DNA of 64,000 bases from an uncultured Flavobacteriales bacterium. Lineage in GTDB: Bacteria; Bacteroidota; Bacteroidia; Flavobacteriales_D; JABDKJ01. The stretch is taken from assembly GCA_964609215.1 (NCBI GenBank), contig CAZSQZ010000004.1:168701-232700 (forward strand), read 5' to 3'. This document shows positions 49,247-59,337 of this stretch, piece after piece. Numbering within the stretch: position 1 is the first letter of the stretch; the number at the start of each line of letters is the position of its first letter. The notes under the pieces were generated by a model. The model did not search any database, was not told the origin of the DNA, and saw only the letters and a program-made list of their open reading frames with translations. Both the position numbers and the translations under genes were made by a program.

Positions 49247-50470
49247 ATGAGTGGACAAAAGATTACAATAGAAAACGGCAAAATAAACGTACCTAACAAT
49301 CCTATTATTCCTTTTATAGAGGGAGACGGAATTGGACCTGATATTTGGGCTGCCTCAAAAAGAGTGCTGGATGCAGCAGTTGAAAAAGCCTATAATGGTG
49401 AAAGAAAAATTGAATGGTTAGAGGTTTACGCTGGTGAAAAAGCCAATAAGCATACAAACGAATGGTTGCCACAATCTACTCTTGACAATATCAAAGAACA
49501 TTTAGTTGCTATAAAAGGGCCATTGACTACTCCTGTTGGAGGAGGTATTCGTTCTTTAAACGTGGCTTTAAGACAAAAACTGGATCTTTACGCATGTGTA
49601 AGACCTGTGAGATGGTTTGAAGGGGTTCCTTCTCCAGTAAAATCACCAGAAAAAGTAGACATGGTAATCTTTAGAGAAAACACTGAAGATATCTATGCTG
49701 GAATAGAATGGGAAAACGGAACTGCGGAAAATGATAAGGTAAAAAAATTCTTAATGGAAGAGATGGGAGTTACCGGAATTCGCTTTCCTAACTCATGCTC
49801 TTTAGGTGTTAAACCAGTTTCGGTTGAAGGGACAGAAAGATTAGTCAGGTCTGCCATTAAATATGCCATTGAGGAAAAAAGAGATTCTGTAACTCTGGTT
49901 CATAAAGGAAACATCATGAAGTTTACAGAGGGTAAATTCAAGGAATGGGGCTATCAATTATCTAAGAAAGAATTTGGTGCTCAAGACTTGGATGGTGGAC
50001 CTTGGCAAGTGATTGATAATAATGGTCATAAATTGATTATAAAAGACGTTATCGCAGATGCATTCTTACAACAAATCCTATTGAGACCTGCAGAATACGA
50101 AGTTATTGCAACACTTAACTTAAATGGAGATTATATCTCAGATGCGCTAGCTGCTGCGGTAGGTGGTATCGGAATTGCTCCTGGAGCAAATATCAATTAC
50201 GAATCTGGGATAGCGATTTTTGAAGCTACGCATGGAACCGCTCCTAAGTATGCCGGACAAGATAAGGTAAACCCATCTTCTGTGATTCTATCAGGTGTTA
50301 TGATGTTGGATTATATGGGATGGAAGGAAGCTGGCAACTTAATTGTAAAAGGAATCGAAGGAGCCATTGAAAATAAAACAGTCACCTATGATTTCGAAAG
50401 ATTAATGGAAAATGCTACACTTCTTAAGTGTTCCGAATTTGGAGAGGCTATAGTTAAGCACATGGCTTAG
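49247..50470 (+). CDS. icd: NADP-dependent isocitrate dehydrogenase (homodimeric type)
   Basis: [57 protein letters not shown] and HGTAPKYAG. Confidence 0.93.
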   Translation: MSGQKITIENGKINVPNNPIIPFIEGDGIGPDIWAASKRVLDAAVEKAYNGERKIEWLEVYAGEKANKHTNEWLPQSTLDNIKEHLVAIKGPLTTPVGGGIRSLNVALRQKLDLYACVRPVRWFEGVPSPVKSPEKVDMVIFRENTEDIYAGIEWENGTAENDKVKKFLMEEMGVTGIRFPNSCSLGVKPVSVEGTERLVRSAIKYAIEEKRDSVTLVHKGNIMKFTEGKFKEWGYQLSKKEFGAQDLDGGPWQVIDNNGHKLIIKDVIADAFLQQILLRPAEYEVIATLNLNGDYISDALAAAVGGIGIAPGANINYESGIAIFEATHGTAPKYAGQDKVNPSSVILSGVMMLDYMGWKEAGNLIVKGIEGAIENKTVTYDFERLMENATLLKCSEFGEAIVKHMA

Positions 50471-50487
50471 TTTTATTAAAAACATTC

Positions 50488-50526
50488 AAAAAACCGCTGG
50501 TTTCAATTAGATTCTAGCGGTTTTTG
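50488..50526 (+). terminator. Probable rho-independent terminator after icd
   Basis: aaaaaaccgct...agcggttttt: the stem is extended by A/T pairing and followed by a T-run, but the 17-nt loop is long. Confidence 0.55.
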
Positions 50527-50595
50527 CTTTTTAATAGTTGCTGTTTTTGTATGAGGTAATTCAATTATAGGCCAGTAAATTCATCAAAAATTGAA

Positions 50596-51549
50596 ATGAA
50601 AAAAATTTATCCTCTTCTAGTCTTTTTAATTTCAATCTATTCTATTCAAGCTCAAATAATTACTGAGGGGCTTAGCCATTTCTATCCTTTTAATGGTTCG
50701 CCAGATGATATTGAATATAATAATGATGCCATTATTGTTGGTGATGTCGAACTCACTGAAGACAGGTTTGGTTTCGAAAATTGTGCATATTCTTTTGGTG
50801 GGCAGGAAACTTCGTTAATGCTTGTTCAAGGCTGTTGTGGTTTTCAAGTTAGCCCAGATAGCAGTTTTTCTGTAAGCCTTTGGTATCAATATGGTTCTGA
50901 TGACCCTGGTGATTTTGAACATTTGTTCTATAGAGGATGGGATCCTACAGATTCTGTTTCCTTCGGAGTTTCACTTTTTGACTTGAATACACCCCTCATG
51001 TATTCCTATAATAATTCTTTATGGTGTGATCAATCTTTAATTAGCTTTCCAAACGATAGTTCTTGGCATCATTTAGCAATGGTATTTGAGCCCAACCATT
51101 GGAAGATGTATTTTGACAATCAATTGGGAGCTGAATTATCAGGTAACACAGCGAATATTCACTTTATGATTGCCGATATCTATTTTGGAACTTCATTTCA
51201 AGGAAACTTAGATGATATTGCTTTTTACAATAAAGCACTAAACGAAACTGAAATAACTCAATTATACAATGCACCCAGTTCTTGTACCACAGGGCTAAAT
51301 GATTTAGATCTGGAACTCGACATTAACATTTATCCAAATCCCTCTTCAGATGTTTTAACTATTGATTTGAAAGGATTGGAGATCAGCAATTTTGAAATTA
51401 TCAATGCTGAAGGAAAAGAAGTACAAAAGGGAAGCATTAACTCGCAGATTATAAATGTTGAATTGAACAATTTATCTTCAGGGCTATATACCATTCGTCT
51501 TCTTAATAAGGAACAATATCTTGGTTTCAAAAGCTTTATAGTGAACTAA
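50596..51549 (+). CDS. LamG-domain protein with a T9SS type A C-terminal domain
   Basis: WHHLAMVFEPNHWKMYFDNQ...GNLDDIAFYNKALNETEITQLYN. C-terminus INIYPNPSSDVLTIDL...GLYTIRLLNKEQ...FIVN. Confidence 0.8.
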   Translation: MKKIYPLLVFLISIYSIQAQIITEGLSHFYPFNGSPDDIEYNNDAIIVGDVELTEDRFGFENCAYSFGGQETSLMLVQGCCGFQVSPDSSFSVSLWYQYGSDDPGDFEHLFYRGWDPTDSVSFGVSLFDLNTPLMYSYNNSLWCDQSLISFPNDSSWHHLAMVFEPNHWKMYFDNQLGAELSGNTANIHFMIADIYFGTSFQGNLDDIAFYNKALNETEITQLYNAPSSCTTGLNDLDLELDINIYPNPSSDVLTIDLKGLEISNFEIINAEGKEVQKGSINSQIINVELNNLSSGLYTIRLLNKEQYLGFKSFIVN

Positions 51550-51570
51550 GATTTTTCCAAATTCAAAGAA

Positions 51571-51578
51571 TACCTTTG
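51571..51578 (+). promoter_or_regulatory. Candidate -7 box TAnnTTTG just upstream of the MATE gene
   Basis: tacctttg ends 9 nt before ATG 51588, which would imply a very short or absent leader. Confidence 0.3.
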
Positions 51579-51587
51579 GTGTCTCGG

Positions 51588-52901
51588 ATGAGAATCAGTA
51601 CCAAAGAAATAAATCGCTTAGCTATTCCAGCAATTATCTCAGGAATTGCAGAACCTATCATTTCTCTTGCAGACACCTATTTTGTTGGAAGTTTGGGGAC
51701 AGAAGCGCTTGCGGGTGTGGGTATTGCTACTTCTTTTTTTCTGCTCATTATTTGGATATTGGCCCAGACCAAAACAGCGGTTTCCGCCATAGTATCCAAT
51801 CACTTTGGACAAAATAAAGTATCAGATCTAAAAACATTTTTACCTCAAGCTTTATTGATTGTTATTATCCTTGGCTTTGTGGTTTACCTCCTTAGCTGTT
51901 TTTTTATACAACCCATTTTTAAGCTCTATGAAGCAAAAGATTTGGTTTTAGAAAATTGTATTGCTTATTACAAGATACGCTCAATAGGAATACCCATTGT
52001 TCTTGCAACCTTTGTCATTTTTGGAACTTATCGGGGAATGCAAAATACAAGTTGGGCTATGCAGATAAGCATATTTGGCGCATGCTTAAATGTTCTACTC
52101 GATTATATTCTAATAGTTGGAATTGAAGGTTGGCTTCCTTCCTACGGGATAGAAGGAGCTGCCTGGGCAAGCCTGATATCACAAATTGTAATGTTCTTTC
52201 TGGCCATTGTTTATTTACACAAAAACACTCCATTCAGATTTTATTTTTTTTCATTAAAAGCACACAAAGAATTACCGAAGTTATTTGGCTTAAGTTCGGC
52301 TCTTTTTGTAAGAACTATTTCCCTTAATGTTGCATATATGCTGGCCTTGAAATTTGCGACTGGTTATGGTGATCAACACAGTGCCGCTCAAACCATTGCC
52401 ATGACACTCTGGCTCTTTTGCAGTTTTTTTATTGATGGATATGCCAATGCAGGAAATGCTTTGAGCGGGAAATATATTGGAGCAAATCGAAAAGATTTAA
52501 TCTATCCTCTTGGAAAAAAACTGATCAAAATATCTGTGGGTATTTCACTAGTACTTTCTGCTTCATTTGCAATACTATATCCCTGGATAGCTTCTTTTTT
52601 TAAAGCAGAAGCGGATGTTATATTTATTTTCAATTCATTCTTTTGGTTAATTATCCTTTCCCAACCCATTAATGCAACAGCTTTTGCTCTTGACGGTGTT
52701 TTTAAGGGAATGGGTAGAGGTAATTTACTGATGATTAATTTGCTCATTGCTGCATTTTTAATCTTCTGTCCAATTTTATTTTTTCTAGATTCTATTGATT
52801 GGCAAATGTTTGCTATATGGCTTGCTTTTGTTGGCTTTATGATGAGCCGAGCTGTGCACTTATGGTATCATCTTAAGAAAGAATTTAAGCCCCTTGCTTG
52901 A
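51588..52901 (+). CDS. MATE family efflux transporter
   Basis: EINRLAIPAIISGIAEPIISLADTYFVG, 12-TM profile. The tracked start is TTG 51576; the first ATG is at 51588. Confidence 0.85.
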   Translation: MRISTKEINRLAIPAIISGIAEPIISLADTYFVGSLGTEALAGVGIATSFFLLIIWILAQTKTAVSAIVSNHFGQNKVSDLKTFLPQALLIVIILGFVVYLLSCFFIQPIFKLYEAKDLVLENCIAYYKIRSIGIPIVLATFVIFGTYRGMQNTSWAMQISIFGACLNVLLDYILIVGIEGWLPSYGIEGAAWASLISQIVMFFLAIVYLHKNTPFRFYFFSLKAHKELPKLFGLSSALFVRTISLNVAYMLALKFATGYGDQHSAAQTIAMTLWLFCSFFIDGYANAGNALSGKYIGANRKDLIYPLGKKLIKISVGISLVLSASFAILYPWIASFFKAEADVIFIFNSFFWLIILSQPINATAFALDGVFKGMGRGNLLMINLLIAAFLIFCPILFFLDSIDWQMFAIWLAFVGFMMSRAVHLWYHLKKEFKPLA

Positions 52902-52991
52902 CATGACTCATATTTCGCCTTAGCTTTACACCTCGAAACAACCCAAACTCCCCTTCTTCCATTTCCTACCAACGTGAGATTGAAGATTGTG

Positions 52992-55900
52992 ATGGAGAAA
53001 AACTTTTTAAAATATTTTATTTTGCTCTTTATTTTGGCCTCTTATAACCATGCCAATAGCCAAGCAAATATTTCCTATACCAACGCAACAAATGCCATCT
53101 CATCTCTAACCTCTGGCAACCTCAACACCCTTAACCCAAATTTCGTTGGAGGCGTTCAACAATTAGGAATTGTTGACGCCACCAACACCAATCTAGGTTT
53201 TGGGCAAGGAATAATCCTAGCTACAGGAGATTGTTTAATGTCAGCAAACTCTCCTGGAAATTCAGATGATAGTTCCAGTGAAGGTTTTCTTCTAAGCGGT
53301 ACAGATCCTGACCTAGAAATTATTTCCAACTCAATAGTTTTTGATGCTGCCATTTTAGAATTTGATTTCATTGCAACAAGCACGCAGGCTAGTATTCAGT
53401 TCGTATTCGCTTCTGAAGAATATAATGAGTATGTATGTGGAGCCGTAAATGATGCTTTCGGAATTTTCTTGAGTGGTCCAGGCTACAACGGCCCTTTTAG
53501 TAATAATGCAGAAAATGTAGCCAACATTCCAGGAACGCTAACCCCAGTAAGCATTAATACCATAAACAATGGCAATGTAGGGCAAGCTGGAGTTCTAGAC
53601 AATTGCCAAAGCTCATATTCAGATTGGAATCAATACACTTCTTATTTTGTTGATAATTCAGCTCTAAGCACAAACCCTGCAATAATTGAGTATGATGGAT
53701 TTACAGTTCCAATTACTGCAGAATTTGCTCTTCAATGCGGTGAAACTTATCATATTAAAATAGCCATAGGAGATGGCGGAGATCCTGTTTACGATTCTGC
53801 AGTTTTTCTCTTGGCAGAAGGTCTGAATACTGCACAAATCAACTTAATAGAAACGGATAGCACACAAATATGCTATGGTACTTCAACCATTTTAAATACT
53901 GCCATTTCAGGAAATGCTACTTGGTCTCCTGCAATAGGTTTAGACGACCCAAATAGTGCAAATCCAGTTGCTAATCCTCTGAATGATACCTGGTACACTG
54001 TCAGTTCAAATGCATGTGGCATTAGTATGACGGATAGTATTTTTGTTGATGTAAGCGATATCATTGAAACAGTAAATTTCGTCTCTATATGTGAAGGAGA
54101 AAGCTATACAGAAGGAAATTCTGTGTATACCAACTTTGGAATTTATGAAAACACATATCCTTCTGCCGGTGGATGCGATTCTTTAGTTACTACATATCTA
54201 TCTATAATCCCTACAGTAGAAACCACTTTTATTGCCAACATCTGTCAGGGTGAGACTTATACAGAAGGTTCATCTGTTTATACTGAATCTGGAACTTATC
54301 AAGATTATTATCAAAATAGTAATGGTTGTGACTCTATTGTTACTACCATTTTAAATGTCACAGCTTCTCCTATCACCACCATCAATGAAACAATTTGTTT
54401 TGGGGACAGCTATCAGGAAGGAAGTTTCAGCTATAATCTTTCTGGCACATACACCAATATGTATCAAGCAGCTAACGGATGTGACTCCACAGTTATTTTA
54501 AATTTAGTAGTTCTTCCAGAAATAGCAATAAGTCTAACTTCTATTATATGTGAGGGCGAAGTTTTTGAGTTTGGAAATGAAACGTATACAGAAAGTGGAG
54601 CATACTCTCAAAACTACAGTACGGTCAACGGTTGCGATTCTACCGTATATATTTCTTTAATTGTTAATCCTGTTATTCAGACCACCAACGAAGTCGAGAT
54701 TTGCCTGGGCGGAACTTATACTGAAGGAAACTCTATCTATTCAGATCAAGGAGTATATGAAGATTATTATACCGCGATAAATGGATGTGATTCTATTGTG
54801 ACGACTATTCTAGAATTAACTGACTACTATACCACTACAAACAATATTACCATTTGTGAAGGAGAGTCTTATACTGAAGGCACTAGTATTTACAGTCAAT
54901 CTGGAACCTATGAAGACCTCTATCAAACCAACCAAGGTTGTGACTCGCTTGTTACTACCATTTTAACAACGGTTGAAGCTGCGGACATTACAAATGAGAT
55001 CAATATTTGCGAAGGACAATCTTATCAAGTGGGAAGCTCCATATATACAGAGTCAGGCTCCTATTCCAATTTATTTCAAAGCTCAGTGGGTTGCGACTCA
55101 ATAGTAAACACTTACCTATCCGTAAATGATGTTTATGAACTATCTTTTGAAGTAAACTTATGCGTAGGCGAGGACTACACTATTGGAAATAATATCTATA
55201 CTGAAAGTGGGGTTTATGAAAATATCTTGCAGACCGCAATGGGTTGCGATTCGGTTATAATTACCCATTTAAATTTTCAATCCACCTCAGCAAGTGACAA
55301 TAACTTAACAGTGTGTGAAGGAGATTCTATAGAGGTGGAGGGAGTGTTTTATTCAAATAATAGTGAGTTTGATCTGAACTTGCAAAGCGCAAATGGCTGC
55401 GATTCTGTTGTACATTATTCAATAGAAGTTATTAGTAATGAAACAACTTCATACTCAGAACAAATCTGTCCTTTTGAATCATTTGAATTGGATTTATCTG
55501 ATTATGAAAATGTAAACATTGAAGGAAGTCCTAGTTACAATGAAGGTATTTATTCTTTTTATGAAGAAGGCATTTATACCTATTCTGTTCAAACGGAAAA
55601 CTGTCAGAGTACTGGAACTATCGAAATTGAAAGCATTCCATTTTATGAATCGAGAAGTGAAGAAATTAGAATATGCGATGGAGATGAAATTGTTTTAGAG
55701 GTTGAATATCCTGAGATTCCATTCTCCTGGAATGTATCCGGTCAGGAAAACGAGCTCTATGTTAATTCCAGCGGTCATTACGTTGTAAACTATGATTATG
55801 CTTGTGGTGAATTTTATGAGGAGTACACTGTAAACTCAGAAGAATGTAATTGCGAAATATTTATCCCTAATGCTTTTACACCGGATGCTGACGGTATTAA

Positions 55901-56129
55901 TGAAACCTGGTCACCTGTCCCAAGTTGTGACTTAGTGCACTATGAATTGACTATTTTTGATCGTTGGGGTCAAGAAATTTTCTCGGTAGACGATATTGAA
56001 ATTCCATTTAATGGCGGGGCTGGGGATTATTACCATCAAAGCGGAGTCTATGTTTATAAGCTAAGCTATAAATTTAGTTCTGACGCAACAAATAGAGTAA
56101 AGAAAGGACACATTACTCTTGTGCGCTAG
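52992..56129 (+). CDS. Choice-of-anchor-L-like surface protein with nine 51-aa Cys-pair repeats and a T9SS type B (gliding-motility-associated) C-terminal domain
   Basis: N-domain GIILATGD...DPDLEII...DAAILEFDFIATSTQASIQFVFASEEYNEYVCGAVNDAFGIFLSGPG. C-terminus IFIPNAFTPDADGINETW...LTIFDRWGQEIF...GVYVYKLSY. Confidence 0.82.
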   Translation: MEKNFLKYFILLFILASYNHANSQANISYTNATNAISSLTSGNLNTLNPNFVGGVQQLGIVDATNTNLGFGQGIILATGDCLMSANSPGNSDDSSSEGFLLSGTDPDLEIISNSIVFDAAILEFDFIATSTQASIQFVFASEEYNEYVCGAVNDAFGIFLSGPGYNGPFSNNAENVANIPGTLTPVSINTINNGNVGQAGVLDNCQSSYSDWNQYTSYFVDNSALSTNPAIIEYDGFTVPITAEFALQCGETYHIKIAIGDGGDPVYDSAVFLLAEGLNTAQINLIETDSTQICYGTSTILNTAISGNATWSPAIGLDDPNSANPVANPLNDTWYTVSSNACGISMTDSIFVDVSDIIETVNFVSICEGESYTEGNSVYTNFGIYENTYPSAGGCDSLVTTYLSIIPTVETTFIANICQGETYTEGSSVYTESGTYQDYYQNSNGCDSIVTTILNVTASPITTINETICFGDSYQEGSFSYNLSGTYTNMYQAANGCDSTVILNLVVLPEIAISLTSIICEGEVFEFGNETYTESGAYSQNYSTVNGCDSTVYISLIVNPVIQTTNEVEICLGGTYTEGNSIYSDQGVYEDYYTAINGCDSIVTTILELTDYYTTTNNITICEGESYTEGTSIYSQSGTYEDLYQTNQGCDSLVTTILTTVEAADITNEINICEGQSYQVGSSIYTESGSYSNLFQSSVGCDSIVNTYLSVNDVYELSFEVNLCVGEDYTIGNNIYTESGVYENILQTAMGCDSVIITHLNFQSTSASDNNLTVCEGDSIEVEGVFYSNNSEFDLNLQSANGCDSVVHYSIEVISNETTSYSEQICPFESFELDLSDYENVNIEGSPSYNEGIYSFYEEGIYTYSVQTENCQSTGTIEIESIPFYESRSEEIRICDGDEIVLEVEYPEIPFSWNVSGQENELYVNSSGHYVVNYDYACGEFYEEYTVNSEECNCEIFIPNAFTPDADGINETWSPVPSCDLVHYELTIFDRWGQEIFSVDDIEIPFNGGAGDYYHQSGVYVYKLSYKFSSDATNRVKKGHITLVR
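54060..55436 (+). repeat. Nine tandem in-frame 153-nt (51-aa) coding repeats
   Basis: Each unit follows the pattern ...ICEGESYTEG.S.YT.SG.Y........GCDS.VTT.L.V... Examples are ICEGESYTEGNSVYTNFGIYENTYPSAGGCDSLVTTYLSI, ICQGETYTEGSSVYTESGTYQDYYQNSNGCDSIVTTILNV and ICEGESYTEGTSIYSQSGTYEDLYQTNQGCDSLVTTILTT. Confidence 0.85.
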
Positions 56130-56214
56130 GCTATTCATAAGTCATTGTTAATAGACTCCTTCACTTTTAACATTCATGGTACAATGCTTGGGTAATTTTG
56201 ATAAAATTACTTGA

Positions 56215-57408
56215 ATGAGATATGCAGTTATTCTTTTTTGGATATTAATCCCTTGTTTGGGTTTATCTCAAATAAAATTCCCAGAAATAAACAAAGCTCC
56301 AGAATATAATTTTGTACCCAATAATGATTTTGAGGTTACCACGGATATTCCATGTTCATGGAATCAAGGTATTGGTAGATTTCAAAGATGGTTTGTAGAC
56401 TGGACAACACCCACAGAAACAACTCCCGATTTAATATCAACTGCTGCTCGGGTAGATTGTTGGTCTCATCCTGCTAAAAACAATGGAAGCAAACAATTTC
56501 CAAGAAGCGGTTCTAATATGATTGGAATGAAACTCTATGGAAAAGGTGGTACGGATACATACTGGCATGAGTACGTTCAAATAAAATTAAAAGAGCCGTT
56601 AAAGAAAGACACTTTGTATTATACAGAGGTCTGGGTGAACATTTCAGCAAAGGCATCTAAGGCAGTCAACAATATTGGAATTGTCGTTCAAGAAGAAGAA
56701 ACAGACACTAGAAACCGTTTACCCTTGTATATAACACCAGTTATTAACTCAGAAAAAATTGTAAAGGCAAAACTATTTGGTTGGAGAAAAATAAGCGGTG
56801 TTTTTAAAGCCCAAGGTGGTGAGGAGTATATAATGCTTGGAAATTTTTATGGAGATGAATTTACTTTGAAAGAGAAAATTCCAGGCAAGACAGATGGGGG
56901 TTACTATTATTTTGATGACGTAATGCTAAGAAGAGCAAGAGCTGGTGAAAGAGTTAGCGCAAAACCCAAAGAAAGTTTGCCTCCTCCACCCAAAGAAGAA
57001 ATTAAACAAGATGAAAGAGTAAGCACTGAAGAAATAGAGTTGAATGAATCTGTATATGAAGTGGGCGCAGTAGTGGAATTGGAAAATATCTTTTTCGAAT
57101 TTGACAAGGCTGAAATTTTACCAGAATCGAAAAAAGAATTACAAGCTCTTGCCGATTTACTCTATGATTATCCTTTTATGGAAATTGAGATTAGCGGGCA
57201 TACAGATAATATTGGGAAAGCAGATTACAACCAAAAATTATCCGAGAAGAGAGCAAAGGCTGTAGTTGATTTTTTGGATAAAGAAGACATAGACATAAAG
57301 CGATTGAGCTTTAAAGGATATGGTTCATCTAAACCCATTGACACCAACGAAACAGAAGAAGGTCAAGCAAATAACAGAAGAGTAGAGTTTTTGATTTTAA
57401 AGAATTAG
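56215..57408 (+). CDS. OmpA-family protein, paralog 4 (unlinked copy)
   Basis: NFVPNNDFEV..., YYYFDDVMLRRA, GHTDNIGKADYNQKLSEKRAKAV and QANNRRVEFLI. The architecture matches the 36420-39953 trio. Confidence 0.8.
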   Translation: MRYAVILFWILIPCLGLSQIKFPEINKAPEYNFVPNNDFEVTTDIPCSWNQGIGRFQRWFVDWTTPTETTPDLISTAARVDCWSHPAKNNGSKQFPRSGSNMIGMKLYGKGGTDTYWHEYVQIKLKEPLKKDTLYYTEVWVNISAKASKAVNNIGIVVQEEETDTRNRLPLYITPVINSEKIVKAKLFGWRKISGVFKAQGGEEYIMLGNFYGDEFTLKEKIPGKTDGGYYYFDDVMLRRARAGERVSAKPKESLPPPPKEEIKQDERVSTEEIELNESVYEVGAVVELENIFFEFDKAEILPESKKELQALADLLYDYPFMEIEISGHTDNIGKADYNQKLSEKRAKAVVDFLDKEDIDIKRLSFKGYGSSKPIDTNETEEGQANNRRVEFLILKN

Positions 57409-57413
57409 ACCTT

Positions 57414-57535
57414 CATCTCGACTTCGCTCGATGCGCGTTTATTGAACATTCAAGTATGTCCCTACTTCGCTCTATGTGCGGTTAGATAATTAATTAACTC
57501 ATTCAAAAATAAGTGCATCGAGCGTAGCCGAGATG
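57414..57535. repeat. Intergenic element with three copies of a 17-23 nt GC-rich motif (two direct, one inverted)
   Basis: Left arm catctcgacttcgctcgatgcgc (57414-57436). Direct copy acttcgctctatgtgcg (57464-57480), identical at 15 of 17 positions. Inverted copy gtgcatcgagcgtagccgagatg (57513-57535), complementary to the left arm at 20 of 23 positions. Confidence 0.7.
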
Positions 57536-57592
57536 CAAATTATTAAAACACAAATCAACTGCACTGGCATATTGAATCAGGATTTAAAGCAT

Positions 57593-57641
57593 AAAAAAAT
57601 CCACTTATTAAGTATTTTCCAAATGTTACTTAATAAGTGGA
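57593..57641 (-). terminator. Rho-independent terminator for the minus-strand gene ending at 57661
   Basis: Perfect 15-bp stem tccacttattaagta/tacttaataagtgga (57600-57614 and 57627-57641), followed on the minus strand by ttttttt (57593-57599). Confidence 0.8.
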
Positions 57642-57660
57642 CTAACAATCTGAGGTGCAA

Positions 57661-58581
57661 TTACTGTTTCTCGAAATCTTCTTTCTTATATACCATCTCA
57701 CCAAAACGTTCAAAGTTAGCTAACCAAGCTGCTGCATTCTTAACATATCTTCCCGTTCCTGCAGTATCCCACTTGTAATACAGTCTAGTAAAACCACCAT
57801 CCAATATGGCTCTCTTTTCATCTTTTTCATACACAGCTGCAACTAAGTTTCCAGCGCTTCCATAAATCAATGGTTCTAAATCTTGATTTGGTGTTATAGT
57901 AGCAATGGTTATTCCCTCGTAGATATTGGCAATTCCCGTGCTGATTAGATGACCATCCATAATTCCACTATTTGAACCTTCATCTCCCATTATTCCAACA
58001 GTAACATCTCCAGTTGTATTACCATTCATTGTTGTACCTAGAATATTTGAAGCTAGGAAATTTGCATCTGAATAATAAGGTTGATTATCTCCCCAGATAT
58101 ACAGACCTTTTCCACTGTCGAAGAAATCTTTGATAACGGCTAAATGCTCATCATTTAATAAACGATTGCTACTTGATATAACCCAAAGCTGACAAGCTTT
58201 TTCCAATTTTTCTCTTAATTCATCTGCTGGTGGTGCAGCATTTAACCATCTAAAAACAGAAAAACCCTTTTCTTTTAAGGCTGCTTCTGGAAGGGAAAAA
58301 TCAAATCCTTCTCCCGTATAAAGATGCAGAACAGCAACTGTATTTCCTTCGAATGCTCCATCCTCAGCCAAATCATATTGATTTCCTTGAGCATTTCCAT
58401 ATTTGTCCCCCGCTACTTCCTCTTGTACTTCAATAATTTCTATTTCTCCATCGTCATTGACGCGTTCCACCTCTTTGGTTTCATATACACGGTTTTGTTT
58501 TGCAACACTATTGTATTGCGCCATTAAACTTTGCCCTGCAAAGGCAAAAACTAAGAATAAACTAACTACTATTTTCTTCAT
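57661..58581 (-). CDS. Hypothetical secreted protein
   Basis: The signal peptide MKKIVVSLFLVFAFAGQSLMAQ starts at internal ATG 58581. The remainder (..LWVISSSNRLLNDEHLAVIKDFFDSGKGLYIWGDNQPYY..) is not assignable by eye. Confidence 0.55.
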   Translation of the reverse strand: MKKIVVSLFLVFAFAGQSLMAQYNSVAKQNRVYETKEVERVNDDGEIEIIEVQEEVAGDKYGNAQGNQYDLAEDGAFEGNTVAVLHLYTGEGFDFSLPEAALKEKGFSVFRWLNAAPPADELREKLEKACQLWVISSSNRLLNDEHLAVIKDFFDSGKGLYIWGDNQPYYSDANFLASNILGTTMNGNTTGDVTVGIMGDEGSNSGIMDGHLISTGIANIYEGITIATITPNQDLEPLIYGSAGNLVAAVYEKDEKRAILDGGFTRLYYKWDTAGTGRYVKNAAAWLANFERFGEMVYKKEDFEKQ

Positions 58582-58667
58582 AATTTCTCGATTAAATATT
58601 GATTTGACCGTCTGTACACTTTTGAGATGCAAGGGTTCAGATTTTCCATAAATTTCTTTTTTGACCA

Positions 58668-59303
58668 ATGAAAAGAAATGATCAAATCCGATGGTTTGAA
58701 ATAGTTGCAGCCTTTGCAACAGGCTCGGGAAAATTTCTATTTATGGATTATTTGCAATGGAAACTACCTTTCATTATTTCTGTAATTGCATTTTGGACAT
58801 TTTACCTACTTTATCGAAAAAAAGTAGAAAAGGGAATTCTTAAAAATTGGGGATTTAGAATGGACAATTTCAAGAAAAGTATTTCCATAATTCTTCCATT
58901 CGCCCTGATTTCAATAGGTAGTTTTTTTATTCTAGGTTATCTTAACGAAAGCATCAACTTAAAGTGGTACCTCATTATTCTTGTTATATTCTATCCAATT
59001 TGGGGTGTCTTTCAACATTTTCTAACCATTGCCTTGGTAAGTGGTAATCTTATAGAAATTGAAAAAATTAATATCCCTAAGGTAATTGCTATTGTTATCT
59101 CCTCATCACTATTTGCTTTTATTCATTACCCCGATAAATTCTTGATGGGAGGAACATTTCTTTTAGCTCTATTTTACAATTACATTTACCTAAAAGAAAG
59201 AAATTTATATGCTTTAGGAGTATGTCATGGAGTTCTTGGCACACTCTTTTATTATACCTTGGTAAATAGAGATCCTTTTTTGGAGGTATTCGGAAAATTA
59301 TAA
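58668..59303 (+). CDS. Polytopic membrane protein, possibly CPBP (CAAX protease/Abi)-like
   Basis: Six hydrophobic segments. FAFIHYP and CHGVLGTLFY resemble CPBP motifs 2 and 3, but I did not see the EExxxR motif 1. Confidence 0.4.
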   Translation: MKRNDQIRWFEIVAAFATGSGKFLFMDYLQWKLPFIISVIAFWTFYLLYRKKVEKGILKNWGFRMDNFKKSISIILPFALISIGSFFILGYLNESINLKWYLIILVIFYPIWGVFQHFLTIALVSGNLIEIEKINIPKVIAIVISSSLFAFIHYPDKFLMGGTFLLALFYNYIYLKERNLYALGVCHGVLGTLFYYTLVNRDPFLEVFGKL

Positions 59304-59337
59304 TTTGGTAGGATCGAAATAGAATTTTAACAAAACA

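Noticed and set aside
54060-55436. Regularly spaced 153-nt repeats that could look like a CRISPR-like or satellite array
   Set aside because: They lie in-frame inside a long ORF, encode a conserved Cys-pair protein repeat, have no unique spacers, and the units diverge as protein domains do.
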